From Spirogloea muscicola (lineage: Eukaryota), in assembly GCA_009602725.1 (NCBI GenBank), contig WELB01000010.1, positions 278,025 through 330,686 of the forward strand: a DNA stretch of 52,662 bases, in the 5' to 3' direction. The position numbers and the translations under genes were made by a program. The notes beneath the pieces are model-generated. The model did no database searches. It worked only from the letters and a program-made list of their open reading frames with translations, and was not told the origin of the DNA. The number at the start of each line of letters is the position of its first letter. Position 1 is the stretch's first letter. Positions 35,791 to 46,189 of this stretch are shown here, piece by piece.

Positions 35791-38500
35791 AGAGAAGGCG
35801 CGCGGGGCGCATGAATTGAAAGGGAGGCCAATTCAAGCCAATACATTGTTCAGGCAGAGTCGAGTGCAGACTAAACAATGCTACATAATACGGAGACCTA
35901 ATCTAAGGTACCTAAGATGACATTAGTACCCACGGGTGAGCACAAACAAATCTGACAAGCTAACTTGGGGAGCTGGAGCGCCGCCACGAAAGTCGGAGGC
36001 CTGACTTAGAGCGCGCCCTGCACGTTGATGAAGAGCCAATGCTTGCGAGCGCTGCAAACTAAGCGAGAGCCGCATTCTATAATATGCAACTAAGGCCTGC
36101 GGAATGCTGGAGTGGCCCAAGCTGCCCCCCCGACTTCGACGACGCGCATCAACCAGCCGGGCCAGATGCTGGATCAGGGAGGACCATTTCACGCCGTAGC
36201 CTCCATAGATATCCATGGCACACGGGTAAAGATGGTCCCCTCGAGGATGATCATGGTAGTGCCGCTCCTTCTTGCGCTCCGCGCTGGACGTGGCCCAGCC
36301 AGACACGGTTGACGTTGGTGCGCCAGCCTTGTATGCGTCGATCAGTACCACGTCCAAGAGCAGACGAGGCCCACCGCCCCGCGGGGTAGCGACCACGTCC
36401 AGACGCCGCACGTATGGCTTGCCGCGCCTTGAGGAGATTGGCATGATCCCAGACACCTCCATCGCCGGATGATATCCCGCCTCTCGCACAATGCCAAACA
36501 TGGTATCCCTTAGTAGGTCGTGGGAGGCAATGCGCTCACCCCCCTCAACACACCTCAGCATGTGCGAAGCTAAGGCGAGCTTGTCGTCGGCAATGTGGCC
36601 ACACTCGCACTGGCGGATGCCAGCCAAGCAAGGGGGGGGGAGGCCAAGGTGGTGGTGGAGCGCCGTGCGGAAAAGGTTGTCAGAAAGCCGAAGGGACTCG
36701 TAGATCGGCAGAGCGTTTAGCCACTCCGACGCGCCCGGGGAGCCGATTGAAAGGAGCCGGGTAAGGCCACGTCTATCGTCCTTGAGCAGTCCCTTCAAGT
36801 CGGAGGCGGCCTGCACGTCCGCAGCGTGTGTGTAGTGAGCCTGCGCTTTCCTATCGGAACAGCGTGCCCATGCCGCAAAATCTGCATGACCCTCGGCAAG
36901 TGTTGGTAGGGAGCACGAGAGGTCATGCAGTGCTGCGGTTAGGGAAAGCTGGAAGGGCCTGGTCCCTGTTGCAACACCCGCTATAGCGGGTGCTAAAACA
37001 GCCTGGCCCCTCAGGATGAAGCGACTGGAGATGGTGGAGGCCACTTGGGCCCAGCAACCCAGGTGAGCTGCTTGGGACAGGCGAGCCAGTGGACGGCACC
37101 CAAGGCCGCCTATGCTGGTAGGAAGGGTACACTGGAGGATGGCAGCCGGCGTGGCGGACAAATTGGGATGGTCCACCAGGCCGTGAAGAGCCTGTTGGAG
37201 TCTGGAGTCCACGGTAGAGTAGATGGCGTTTAGTGCCGTGGTGGGGGGTACAGTCCGCAACAGGTAAGTGGGACGCTGGGCCACACACCGGGTGAGGATG
37301 GCCACCGCAAGCTGCGCATCCTGTAAGGAGGGGAGGGCCGGGAGGGTCTGGAGATGGTTCTCAAGGGTGGACTCCACAACTTGCTCCACATGCGCAGCAG
37401 CCCCCAACGGGACTCCAAGCACCACCATGCCGAGTGGTGGGGTCTGGCACCCAGCCGGCAGCTTGATGGAGGGAGGGATGCCGGCTGGAGACCAGGCTGA
37501 ACACTTCTCAGGCCGGATGTGGAGGCCGAGGATGTGAAGCTCGCGCTCCAACGTGCTGTAAGCGCTGGTGACTTCAGTTGGGGGTCCCGCAAGGGTGGTG
37601 TCGTCGGCGTAGCTTGGGATCAGGACAGCAGGGTGGGCCTCCGCCGTATTACGCAGCGCACGTAGGTGTGCCAATGCAAAGAGGAACCCGCCCAAAGGGT
37701 CTCCCTGTCGGGTGCCTGTGCTGGATTGCAAGACCACCTGTGACGTGCCCGCTCCCCAGAGCAGGCGGGAGGGTGCTCCGTAGGAGCACCGGAAGAAAGG
37801 GATGAGGGAGGGAAAATGCGTGCGCAGCTCCTCGGCGATGACACCTCTGTCAACGCTGTTGAATGCATTCTTCACGTCCACTGACAGGGCCATCCAATCG
37901 GGATTGCAATCCAGGGCAACACGTAGACCGTGAACCACTGTCTCCGCGCCCGCAGACAGCCCTGCGCCGAACTGGTGGGGGGAGAAGTGGAGCTGCGCCG
38001 CCTCTTTGTGCTGCTGGAATAGGGTCTTGGAAATCAGTCGGGTAAGGACCTCGCCCATCGCAATTGGTCGGACGCCTCCGGTGGGCTTGGAGAGAGCGAG
38101 CAGGGTGCTGCTGGTGAGTGCTGCCCGGGCCTTGGGTGGAAGGAGGCCGCGCGCCACCGCTTGGCACACTTTGTGCAGCAGACTGAAGTCACCTGCCTCA
38201 TCGTCGAGCCAGAGCTCTCGAAGGTGTTCAAAGAGCATGCCCGAGGGCCCTCCAGCCGCTGCTTTCCGGCTCTGCACCAACGCTGTCCGCAGAGCTGCTG
38301 GGTTGAGGTCCACCATGGTTGGGGGCTGAAACTCCTCGAGCCAGGGGGGTAGGGGGCTTGGGGCAGGGGGGTGGAGGGTCCTGAGAGCAGCAAGGGTTTC
38401 TGCATCGTGAGGTGCTGGGGTGGCTGGGTCCAGAGCTTGGGCAGCACGGGACAGGTCCCCTGCGCGGCCAAAACGAATGGCCCGGCGGACAGCTGAAGCC
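35791..38500 (-). mobile_element. 5'-truncated CRE-like non-LTR retrotransposon (RT + CCHC + RLE), family A, with 7-bp TSD TCTAGGG
   Basis: TCTAGGG occurs at 35784-35790 and 38501-38507, but only once at the empty site in ALG12 (29066-29072). No LTRs and no poly(A) tail. Confidence 0.92.
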
Positions 38501-38562
38501 TCTAGGGACGATCGATCTCTTGCTTCTTCTGGTGAGCCTGCGAGACGGCTGGACCGTGTCAT
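35923..38562 (-). CDS. 879-aa RT/RLE ORF of the CRE-like element (first ~21 codons come from flanking DNA)
   Basis: AAGGPSG, GGVRPIAMGEVLTRL, PHQFGAG, DVKNAFNSVDR, GTRQGDPLG, SYADD, VLGVPLG, LPTSIGGLG, ASEWLNALP, CECGH...HMLRC, SHDLLRD, RRLDVV...LLLDV, ERKKERHY. Confidence 0.9.
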   Translation of the reverse strand: MTRSSRLAGSPEEARDRSSLEASAVRRAIRFGRAGDLSRAAQALDPATPAPHDAETLAALRTLHPPAPSPLPPWLEEFQPPTMVDLNPAALRTALVQSRKAAAGGPSGMLFEHLRELWLDDEAGDFSLLHKVCQAVARGLLPPKARAALTSSTLLALSKPTGGVRPIAMGEVLTRLISKTLFQQHKEAAQLHFSPHQFGAGLSAGAETVVHGLRVALDCNPDWMALSVDVKNAFNSVDRGVIAEELRTHFPSLIPFFRCSYGAPSRLLWGAGTSQVVLQSSTGTRQGDPLGGFLFALAHLRALRNTAEAHPAVLIPSYADDTTLAGPPTEVTSAYSTLERELHILGLHIRPEKCSAWSPAGIPPSIKLPAGCQTPPLGMVVLGVPLGAAAHVEQVVESTLENHLQTLPALPSLQDAQLAVAILTRCVAQRPTYLLRTVPPTTALNAIYSTVDSRLQQALHGLVDHPNLSATPAAILQCTLPTSIGGLGCRPLARLSQAAHLGCWAQVASTISSRFILRGQAVLAPAIAGVATGTRPFQLSLTAALHDLSCSLPTLAEGHADFAAWARCSDRKAQAHYTHAADVQAASDLKGLLKDDRRGLTRLLSIGSPGASEWLNALPIYESLRLSDNLFRTALHHHLGLPPPCLAGIRQCECGHIADDKLALASHMLRCVEGGERIASHDLLRDTMFGIVREAGYHPAMEVSGIMPISSRRGKPYVRRLDVVATPRGGGPRLLLDVVLIDAYKAGAPTSTVSGWATSSAERKKERHYHDHPRGDHLYPCAMDIYGGYGVKWSSLIQHLARLVDARRRSRGGSLGHSSIPQALVAYYRMRLSLSLQRSQALALHQRAGRALSQASDFRGGAPAPQVSLSDLFVLTRGY

Positions 38563-39720
38563 TCATTGGGCCCCCTCCTTCCTTCTCGTAGCATCTACTG
38601 GAATGACGATCCTCTGAAGTAGGCTGCCTATCCGGGATAGGGCTTCTGCAACCGCGTTCTAGCTTCCTGAGGAAGATGTTCGGTCGCGCGATGCTTCACA
38701 GACACGTTCCATCACACTGTGAAGAGCTGTCGGCCGGGCTCATGAGCCTGGGTGAGCTTCCCACTCCACGTTCTCGTGTGGTACAGCAGATGGATGAGCA
38801 CCTACTGGCGAGCAGCTACTGTAGCTGACCTTGTGAGAATAGACTCGAGCTGAGGGGAATGCAAGTTTGGCACGGCGCAAACTCTGGACAGAAGGCGCCG
38901 AGGAGGGCTTGCAGGCCCCAAACTCTCGAGTGTAGTGCCAGAAAGAGGGGGAAAGTCGGTGTCGGTGCCGAGCAGTCGTAAGGTACACTATCACGCAGCT
39001 TCTTTGGACAAGAGTCCCACTCGCTGGCTGTCAGAGGACTCCTCACGGGACGTGCGGCTGTGCAGGTGCAACCGTGATGATAGATTCCTACATGCGGCGG
39101 AGATGGTTGTGGCCAGAGGGGCAAGTGCTGTGGTTCAACACTGCTCTGGACCGTAGTTTGGAGTGGGGGGTTATCCACCGTGCTGCCACGGTTCTCCCCA
39201 GGCGCAAGCCACGGTTCTCCCCATGCGCAAGACTTGCCCGACTCTGCTCTCCTTTCCGTCTTGTGGGAGCTCTGTTAACACCCCTTATCACAGTCAACGG
39301 CTGTGATGGTGCTTAGTCTGCGTGGTCCTCCATTATCAGATCCACAGCCGAGTCCATCGTGACCGTGCTGGTGACGAAGATCGCAAGGCAGGCCGTTTAG
39401 TCCACTGATGGAGCTTCGCTTGTGAAACATGCAGGTATCACCTGCGCACTGGTACTCCACGTCAGCGCTTCCGATGTCGCTGTTGGGAGCTCTGCCTCTG
39501 GCTCTTGTGCACAGTATGGCCCACTCGTGTGTCGTTCACATGTCGGCAGGGCAGAGGGCCGGTCAACGGGCAAGGGAGGACGTGATCCCAATCGGCTTCG
39601 TGTCGTGCTGCTGCAAGTCATCACGGAGAGTCTGCCTCATGGCAGGTGGGAACGCTGGTGGAGCGGAAACTCTGGCAGTACATAATACCGGCAGTCGCCT
39701 TCCTCCTCGTCTATTCCAAG

Positions 39721-41460
39721 ACAACATCTCCAATGTTAGAAAGGTGAGATGTTTCCTGACATTGAATGAAATGGTCGACATCTGGCAGTCTCCTTCACTG
39801 TGCATGTTTATCGGTCCGCAACGCTCTGTTGCACACAATATGCTGCAGTCAGCTGTCCCTCTAATCCCTGCTGTTGACAGAACCCTGTCAAAGTCTTCAG
39901 AAAGGTAGTCTCCACCAATATCATATCGAAGAGCTTCCATTCCTTGCCCTCTGCAGTTCTACTTCAGCTTTTTGAATGCTTAAATCTCTCCGGCACTTCA
40001 CTCTTGTTTTTCAGATATATACCCTACTCCATCTGCTCGCATCGTCAACGAGAGATAGAACACATGTGCTACCCCCCAAAGATGGTGTCTTCGTGGGGTC
40101 TCAGACGAGCATGCCCTCGCTCAAGATGTTTTACTCAGCCTCAGACTGAGTCACCCTGCCCTTCTGTTTCTGCACCTGTCCTGCTAGATTGAACAAATCT
40201 CCTGTTCGACAGCCTGTCAGCACTGGCGATCCGGTTTTGTTGACTGTTCAGAATTTACCACCGACATCCACCTCATAGCCATGCTTGAGCAGCTGAGAGA
40301 CAGACAATAAGTTGGATGCAAGTCCGGGTACATGGACTACCTCCAACAGTCTCCACCCTCTGATGCGATTGGAGCTATGCACCTCCAACTTCACCTCTCC
40401 TTTGCCTACAGCAGACAGGACGCTGTCATCCCCAAGGAAGATCCTGAAGGTGCGATAGGCTGATATCTCGTCAACCAATCTCGCTTGTATATCAGGTGGT
40501 GGGTGGCTCCACTGTCTATTTACCAGCTTGGCCTATCAGATTATGCTGATGCTGACAGATTCACCTGTTTATCGGCACTTGAGTTTCTTCTTCTTCTACT
40601 GTAGCCACCAGACTCCAGAGCACTTTTCTTGGGACAGTCTCGTTTGTCACATGTCCAGGCTCACGACAGTAGAAGCATGACCTTGAATCCCTGGTTTTCT
40701 ATCCAGCCTGAGAACTGATCTTCTGTCTGGCGACTACTACCACCACTCTCTCTTCGCAGTTGTCTGTCAATACCTTGCTGGTGCTCTTCCACCTCGACTG
40801 GTTCAGGTGTTATTGCAGATGTCCTTCAATTTTCTGTCTAGCCATCAAAACTGTCAGAGTACCTGTCAGAGTACCTGCCAGATTTCCTGCCAAAGTACCT
40901 GTCTGATTTCTGTAAGATCTCCTGTCAGGTGGCGCTTTTGCTCCTCCGATGCTCGCTCCTTACGAAAGAAGGCGAGCCAGCAAATTTATAGTCAGGTCAT
41001 CCCTGTCAATTAAAATGATGCATGACGGGTCTCGAGAAGCATCATACTCCTGCAAAAGTCCCATCGAAATGGAAAGAACCTGGTGACTTGCTGGAGCTTG
41101 CTGGAGCCTCCTCTCCTATGTCTTGTAGCTGAAGAGCCAAGGATTCCACTCTGTTACACAAACTCCTGCACTGACTCATCCTCCTCGTGTCTGCATTCAT
41201 GCAATCTCATGCTGAGATAGAATGCTCTGTCAGACGTCTGTTCTCAAAGTTCTGTTCTGGATGCTCCCAGATCCCGCTAGCCAGGGGCTTGTTGACAACA
41301 CCAGTTATTTCCTCATCAGCCAGATTTGCCACGAGCATCGCTGCTGCTACAGCATTCTCTCTTGAGAGAGGCCGGCACAGCCCTCGATCTGAAGTAGGCT
41401 CTACAGCATGCTAACGTTTCATAACTGCAGCATTCTGTCATTTGAAATTCCACACCATCC
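39721..41460 (-). mobile_element. Degenerate Ty1/Copia remnant (gag zinc knuckle, protease, integrase)
   Basis: CFYCREPGH (~40655-40678), IDSGATHH (~40497-40520), AVGKGEVKL...LEVVHVPGLASNLLSVSQL and LRYDIGGDYLSEDF; many stops and frameshifts. Confidence 0.85.
40851..40928 (+). repeat. Imperfect 12-bp tandem repeat (CTGTCAGAGTAC-like, ~6 units) inside the Copia remnant
   Basis: CTGTCAGAGTAC CTGTCAGAGTAC CTGCCAGATTTC CTGCCAAAGTAC CTGTCTGATTTC ... Confidence 0.7.
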
Positions 41461-41559
41461 AGCCGGTGGTCCTTGAAAATTTGGGACGAAGGACAGGAAG
41501 CGAGCCTCCCGGTGGGATCTGAAAACCTGAAAGCTCTCTTGGTCTGGCTGCTCCTGCTC

Positions 41560-41785
41560 CTGCCGCGGCCTCCGGGTCTCGGCGGAGTGCCTCCTTCCCT
41601 GCCTCGAGCTACTCGGACCTGATGTTGCTCACTCGCGGGTACTGAGCTTCCCTAGTATGTTGTCGTGATTGGTAGAGTAGAGGAGTCCTTCCTCGGCTTC
41701 TCATTCTTCGCCTTTGGACATTGTCCATTCTTTTTGGGCTGGCTTTGCCAGCCCCTCTTTCTTTATGGGCGAGCCTTCTTCCCTG
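41560..41785 (+). mobile_element. 3' fragment of CRE-like element, family C
   Basis: Encodes AASGSRRSASFPASSYSDLMLLTRGY* (stop 41643-41645), then a UTR ending TTTTTGGGCTGGCTTTGCCAGCCC...ATGGGCGAGCCTTCTT. Confidence 0.8.
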
Positions 41786-41984
41786 CTCCTGCTCCTGTCT
41801 GCTGCGATCAACATTCTCTGCGAGCAACAGATTCTTGTCTGCTCCAGTCAGAGTCCTCCATCGGACGTTTGCCTTTCTCCATAGCCCAGCAGACCGCCCC
41901 CGTCGTGGCGGCACAGTCGCGGATCCGCTCATGGCGGCAGACAGCAGTCAAACTAGCACAGGTTAGACTAGCACAGACTAGCCC

Positions 41985-42172
41985 TGCCCAAGGCGGGTGG
42001 CAGCCATGGCTAGGGCGCACGGGATCAGCGCGTGGCCTCAGCTTTGGGGTGAGACCGGATGTGCCGGGGGCATCCCCGTTTGATGAATGCGGATGAGAAT
42101 TCCCATTTACAGGGAGCGCTCCTTTGGCTCAGTGGGCTGCTCAATTGGTTCTCAGCTCGATTGTTGGTTCAC
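41985..42172 (+). repeat. Dispersed repeat, inverted relative to 32724-32873
   Basis: Block-wise alignment with the reverse complement of 32724-32873; this copy has ~35 extra bases. Confidence 0.8.
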
Positions 42173-42479
42173 CACATTATCACATTCAACAAGAAAGACG
42201 ACGATCTTCTGATCTTCATACCGAAGTAGCACAAACAGCAATACGCAATTTAAGATGTGAACGGGACTCTGGTATGTTTCGACTGCAAGGAATTTATAAG
42301 AAGGATATAATCAGAAGGAAACTAAGTGAGAAGAGCACAACAACCACAACGAAAGAAACACCACAAGCGAAGGTAGCTCTTCTCAATTCTACCGTGCCTT
42401 GACGACAGTAGTACACAGAAGCGTAATGATGATTGTGGTCGATGTGAACAGGAGCAATAAAATACAGTATGCAGAATAG

Positions 42480-44000
42480 TGCAGCAATCCACTTTTCTCG
42501 GAGATTTTTATGATGAGAAGGTAAATTTTGAAGATGGTACCTCACAAAAAAAGATCTTGGTAAGGATATAGTCGGAATGATTTTGAACGTGGAGCAAGGA
42601 GGTATGCCTCGCACACTTGATGACGTCTTGTACGTACCGGATCTTGATGGAACAATGTTTTCTCATTGCTCGGATACTCAGGAGTACTACCAACATACAT
42701 TATGGTTACTTAAAAGGGTGTTGGAATGGCTCCTTTCTCTTCATGTCATAAGAGGATTGCCACGTTAGTGTTCTAATGGTGAATTGTTTCGTATACTGTG
42801 CAGAACTCCCACTCCAACCAGAATTCTTGTTCCTAATGACCATTTTGAAAACTGATACATCTCATCTGTCTCCTACATTTGGCATAACGGCCTAGGTGAA
42901 CTATAACCATCTGAAGCGAATGCAGGATGATGAATTGGTGCATGGCGTGAAGATCGAACCCTGCTCGTCACGATGATGTCTGTGGAGAATGTGCATCAGG
43001 CAAGAGGCATATTGCTTTTTTGCATCTTCTCATTCTACTGAACTCTTGGAACTGGTCCACATCAACATTTGTGGACCTATGCAGTCTACTTCTTTTAGTG
43101 ATTGCGTGATTCTGAACTATATTGATGATTTCCCACGGCACGTGACTTTCTACTTCTTACTGACAAAGGATGAGTGTCTGTCCAAGTTCAAGGAGTTTGA
43201 GGCAGGAGCTGAACAGTTTATTGCGAAGCAAATGAAAATCCGACTTACAGACAATGGGGGTGAGTATACTTCTTCGCACTTTGAGATTCTCCAAAGGCGA
43301 GTGGCATCCGACATATAGAGAGATTTTTCATGCACACCTCGACAGAATGGAGTGGCTGAAAGATGGATCTTACAATTGTGGAAAGTGTTTGTTATATGCT
43401 CCATTCAGCCATTTAGTTAACAAATTTGGTCTGAAGCAGTTGCAGTATATTTGATATACATATGTATGACGAAGACTTTACACACAATAACACTTGCTGA
43501 AGCGTGGACAAAGGTGAGCCGAATGTGTCACATTTTTGAACTTTTGCTTGTGATGCCTTTGCCTATATATAAATATTCAACGGGGAAATGTGATGCAAGA
43601 AGTGCTAGATCTGCATTTGTTACTCATGATCAAGACAGCAAAGCTTAACGTTTGTTTGATCACATTGAAGAGGGCTTATCTTAGAAAGAGATGCAATTGT
43701 TATGAGTACCCTGACGTTCCTTTCATGTTAAAGATCGACGTTTCTACCTTAACACCGTGAAGAAGATCATGAAACGTGGTTGCAAGAACATCACTGCTCA
43801 ACCCACACTAGGTCAGGACATATATCACTATTCTGATATCAAAGATGTTGTCTGTGTTGAAGAGAAACACGATGAGAGTGATGAAGAGAAACATGATGAA
43901 AGTGAAACGCGGAAAGTAAGTGAAAAACACTCAGACTTCATTCAAGACAATGTCTAATCGACATATTTCTCTGATCTTGATGGACAGACACAAATTTGAT
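42480..44000 (+). mobile_element. Degenerate Ty1/Copia remnant (protease-integrase part)
   Basis: LDDVLYVPDL, LLELVHINICGPM, YIDDFPRHVTFYFL, LTDNGGEYTS, HAHLDRME/QNGVAE-like segment, KCDARS. Confidence 0.85.
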
Positions 44001-44139
44001 TACAAGGCGATGTGCAGAAGAGGGGGAGAACATACGAGAAGTCCTGATCAACGAATCATGGCTCTACCGATCATGAGACGATCACTGAGAACCAGATGAT
44101 GTGTTTGCAGTCTGGACAGCTTGTTGAGGTACTTCTTTA

Positions 44140-44365
44140 CTTCTTTGCCACCATGCCTGCGTAGAAGCCCGCGTACGCGGCCAGCGCCCCTGGGGACGGC
44201 GGGGTGGCCCGCGCCAAGTACTGGGGTCTCTGCGCAATTGCCTTGGTCAGCATGGCCAAAGGCAGCTGCATATCGTGCAGCTCGGGGAGCCGGGCCGCAG
44301 GCTGGAGGTGCTCCTCGAGGCGGGCGCGCAGCTGCCCCTCAACGAACGGCGGCGGAGTCCGGTGG
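44140..44365 (-). mobile_element. Internal fragment of another CRE-like element (post-RT region)
   Basis: FVEGQLRARLEEHLQPAARLPELHDMQLPLAMLTKAIAQRPQYLARATPP aligns with HVEQVVESTLENHLQTLPALPSLQDAQLAVAILTRCVAQRPTYLLRTVPP of the 879-aa ORF. Confidence 0.8.
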
Positions 44366-44371
44366 TGAGCG

Positions 44372-45540
44372 AGAAAGAAATAAAGCTGCTGCTGATATAT
44401 AGAATTGGCTGTAAGCTGCCAGCCAGATGCATACAGTTGTTCATGACGGAGCCAAAGGCTAAGGAGACAGGGCGCCCTCAATAACCCCGTGTCAGCAGTA
44501 GGAAGTCAGATGAGCTGAGGGGAGGAAGAGCAACCCCGCTGCGCAAACCAGAGGCTGCTGCAAGGGCGCGACCAGCCCGGCGATGCAAAGCAATCGCCTG
44601 GGACCGCTGTAGGCACATAGATAAACGCATTCGGTAGCAGGACACAAGACCCAAAGGCACCGAGCCACCGGGAAGGGCTGCACCCTGTTCCCGGCGCCGC
44701 TGGTCAGCTTGAGAGGCCAGCAGCGAAAGTAACGAGGACCACCGACCCCCATAACACCCATGGATGTCCATGGCCAGGCGGTAAAAGGTATCACCCGCCG
44801 GGTGGTCCTTGTACTTGTGCAGCTTCTTCTGTTCGACCACCTTCACGGCATAGCCGGTCCCAGAAGTAATGGGGCCCTTGGTACGGAAGCTGTCGGTCAG
44901 GACAACGTCCATGAGGAGCCGCTTGCCACCTCCCAGGGGGGCGCCAACCAGATCGACACGCCTCGTCCGAGGGACCCCGTCGCGGAGTTGGACGGGCATC
45001 AACCCGGTGCTCTCCAACGCCACTTGATATCCCGCCTCCTTGACGATGCCATACATGGCGTCACGTAGGAGGTTGTGGGAGCCCGTGCGCTCACTGCCTC
45101 TGGCACACCTGAGCATGTGGTCACCCATGAGCAATGCATCATGCTCAATAAGCCCACATTCACATTTGGTTCACCCCTGCCAAGCCCAGGGATGGTAAGC
45201 CAAGGCGGCGGCGCATAGCATCGCAAAACAAAGCATTTCCATCCGCAAACCCGCATGCAAAGGCAAAGCGCGGAGCCACTCAGACGCTCCCAGAGACGAA
45301 TCAGATAGGAGCCGAGCCTGTCCTCGCGCCAATACACGTTGTTGCTCAAGGAGTAATCGTCCAGATATGGACGAAGCCACTTGAGCCCAGCAGCCAAGGT
45401 ACGCTGGTCTGCATAAGCGGACCAATTGGCGACAACCAAGCCCACCGTGGCGTATGGGCAGCGTACATAGCACCAGTGCTGCTGGAGACTGCTCTAGGAG
45501 TGGGTGAGCAATCAGATCAGCAAGGCATTGCTGAAGCTTG
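44372..45540 (-). mobile_element. 5'-truncated, internally deleted and frameshifted CRE-like element, family B (RLE domain and 3' UTR)
   Basis: LPIRHGGLGCR, LGCWAQVAS, GASEWLRALP, DHMLRC...SHNLLRD, RRVDLV...LLMDV, EQKKLHKY, LQRSQAIAL...DFLLLTRGY*. Confidence 0.9.
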
Positions 45541-45569
45541 GGGGGTCCCTTTGCCGCGTGCCCGCCTGA

Positions 45570-45660
45570 AGAAGAAAGGGCGCGCGCATTGACAATAGGG
45601 GCTGGAAAAGCCAGGCCCAAAAAAGAATGAACAGAGTACGACAAGGGGCCAGGGAAACCG
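45570..45660 (-). mobile_element. Family C 3' UTR fragment
   Basis: GTACTCTGTTCATTCTTTTTTGGGCCTGGCTTTTCCAGCCCCTATTGTCAATGCGCGCGCCCTTTCTTCTT. Confidence 0.7.
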
Positions 45661-45919
45661 CTTGGGACTGCAGGACCTCCACTTGGTCTCCACCTGTCCT
45701 CCAGAGAAGGTCGCTGGGTTGACCGTACCCTAAGCGGGAAAAAGGTACCAGGGAGGAGAAGGAGGCCCGGAGCTCCTCGCATTGGGGTAATCCAGTTAAT
45801 ACTGCAGCTTTCTTTGTTCTGCACTTCCTACTGCGTGGCCAGCGATGTGCGTCGATGCTGGAAATTTGTAAGCCTCCGTAACAACAACATGAACCAAGGC
45901 CCGTGGTCCTCCACCATTT

Positions 45920-45978
45920 GTTCACTCTCTCTTGGGCTGGCTTTTCCAGCTCCTATCCTGAATGGGCGAGCCCTTTCC
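45920..45978 (+). mobile_element. Family C 3' UTR fragment (opposite orientation)
   Basis: TTGGGCTGGCTTTTCCAGCTCCTATCCTGAATGGGCGAGCCCTTT. Confidence 0.65.
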
Positions 45979-45989
45979 ACCAGGTTGCA

Positions 45990-46135
45990 CGCCCACACAA
46001 TGTCGAGTGTGCGGCGATGATGACGTCCCTGGGCATCCGTGTTGATATGCATGCTGTTGTTCACTTCCACGACCGCACGGTAACCGGCATCGCGCATCAG
46101 ACCCGCCAGGGCATCGCGGAGGAGGTTGTCACCTG
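45990..46135 (-). mobile_element. RLE-domain fragment of a further CRE-like element
   Basis: DNLLRDALAGLMRDAGYRAVVE...HHRRTLDIV aligns with HDLLRDTMFGIVREAGYHPAME...VRRLDVV. Confidence 0.7.
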
Positions 46136-46189
46136 GGAGGCAAACTGTGCAGGGAGAGGGAACTCTTGTTTGAAGACAACAAGCTTCAT

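Larger units (their letters stand above)
34921..39720 (+). pseudogene. Partial intron-containing duplicate of ALG12 (copy of ~28197-30065), split by the retrotransposon at 35791-38500
   Basis: 34921-35790 aligns to 28197-29072 and 38501-39720 aligns to 29066-30065, introns included. It shows indels in exons and a lost splice donor (GTTGGTGAGTTTG replaced by GTTGGTCCTGGG). Confidence 0.92.

Noticed and set aside
43859..43906. 24-bp tandem duplication (EEKHDESD x2)
   Set aside because: Ordinary low-complexity linker of a decayed Copia element.
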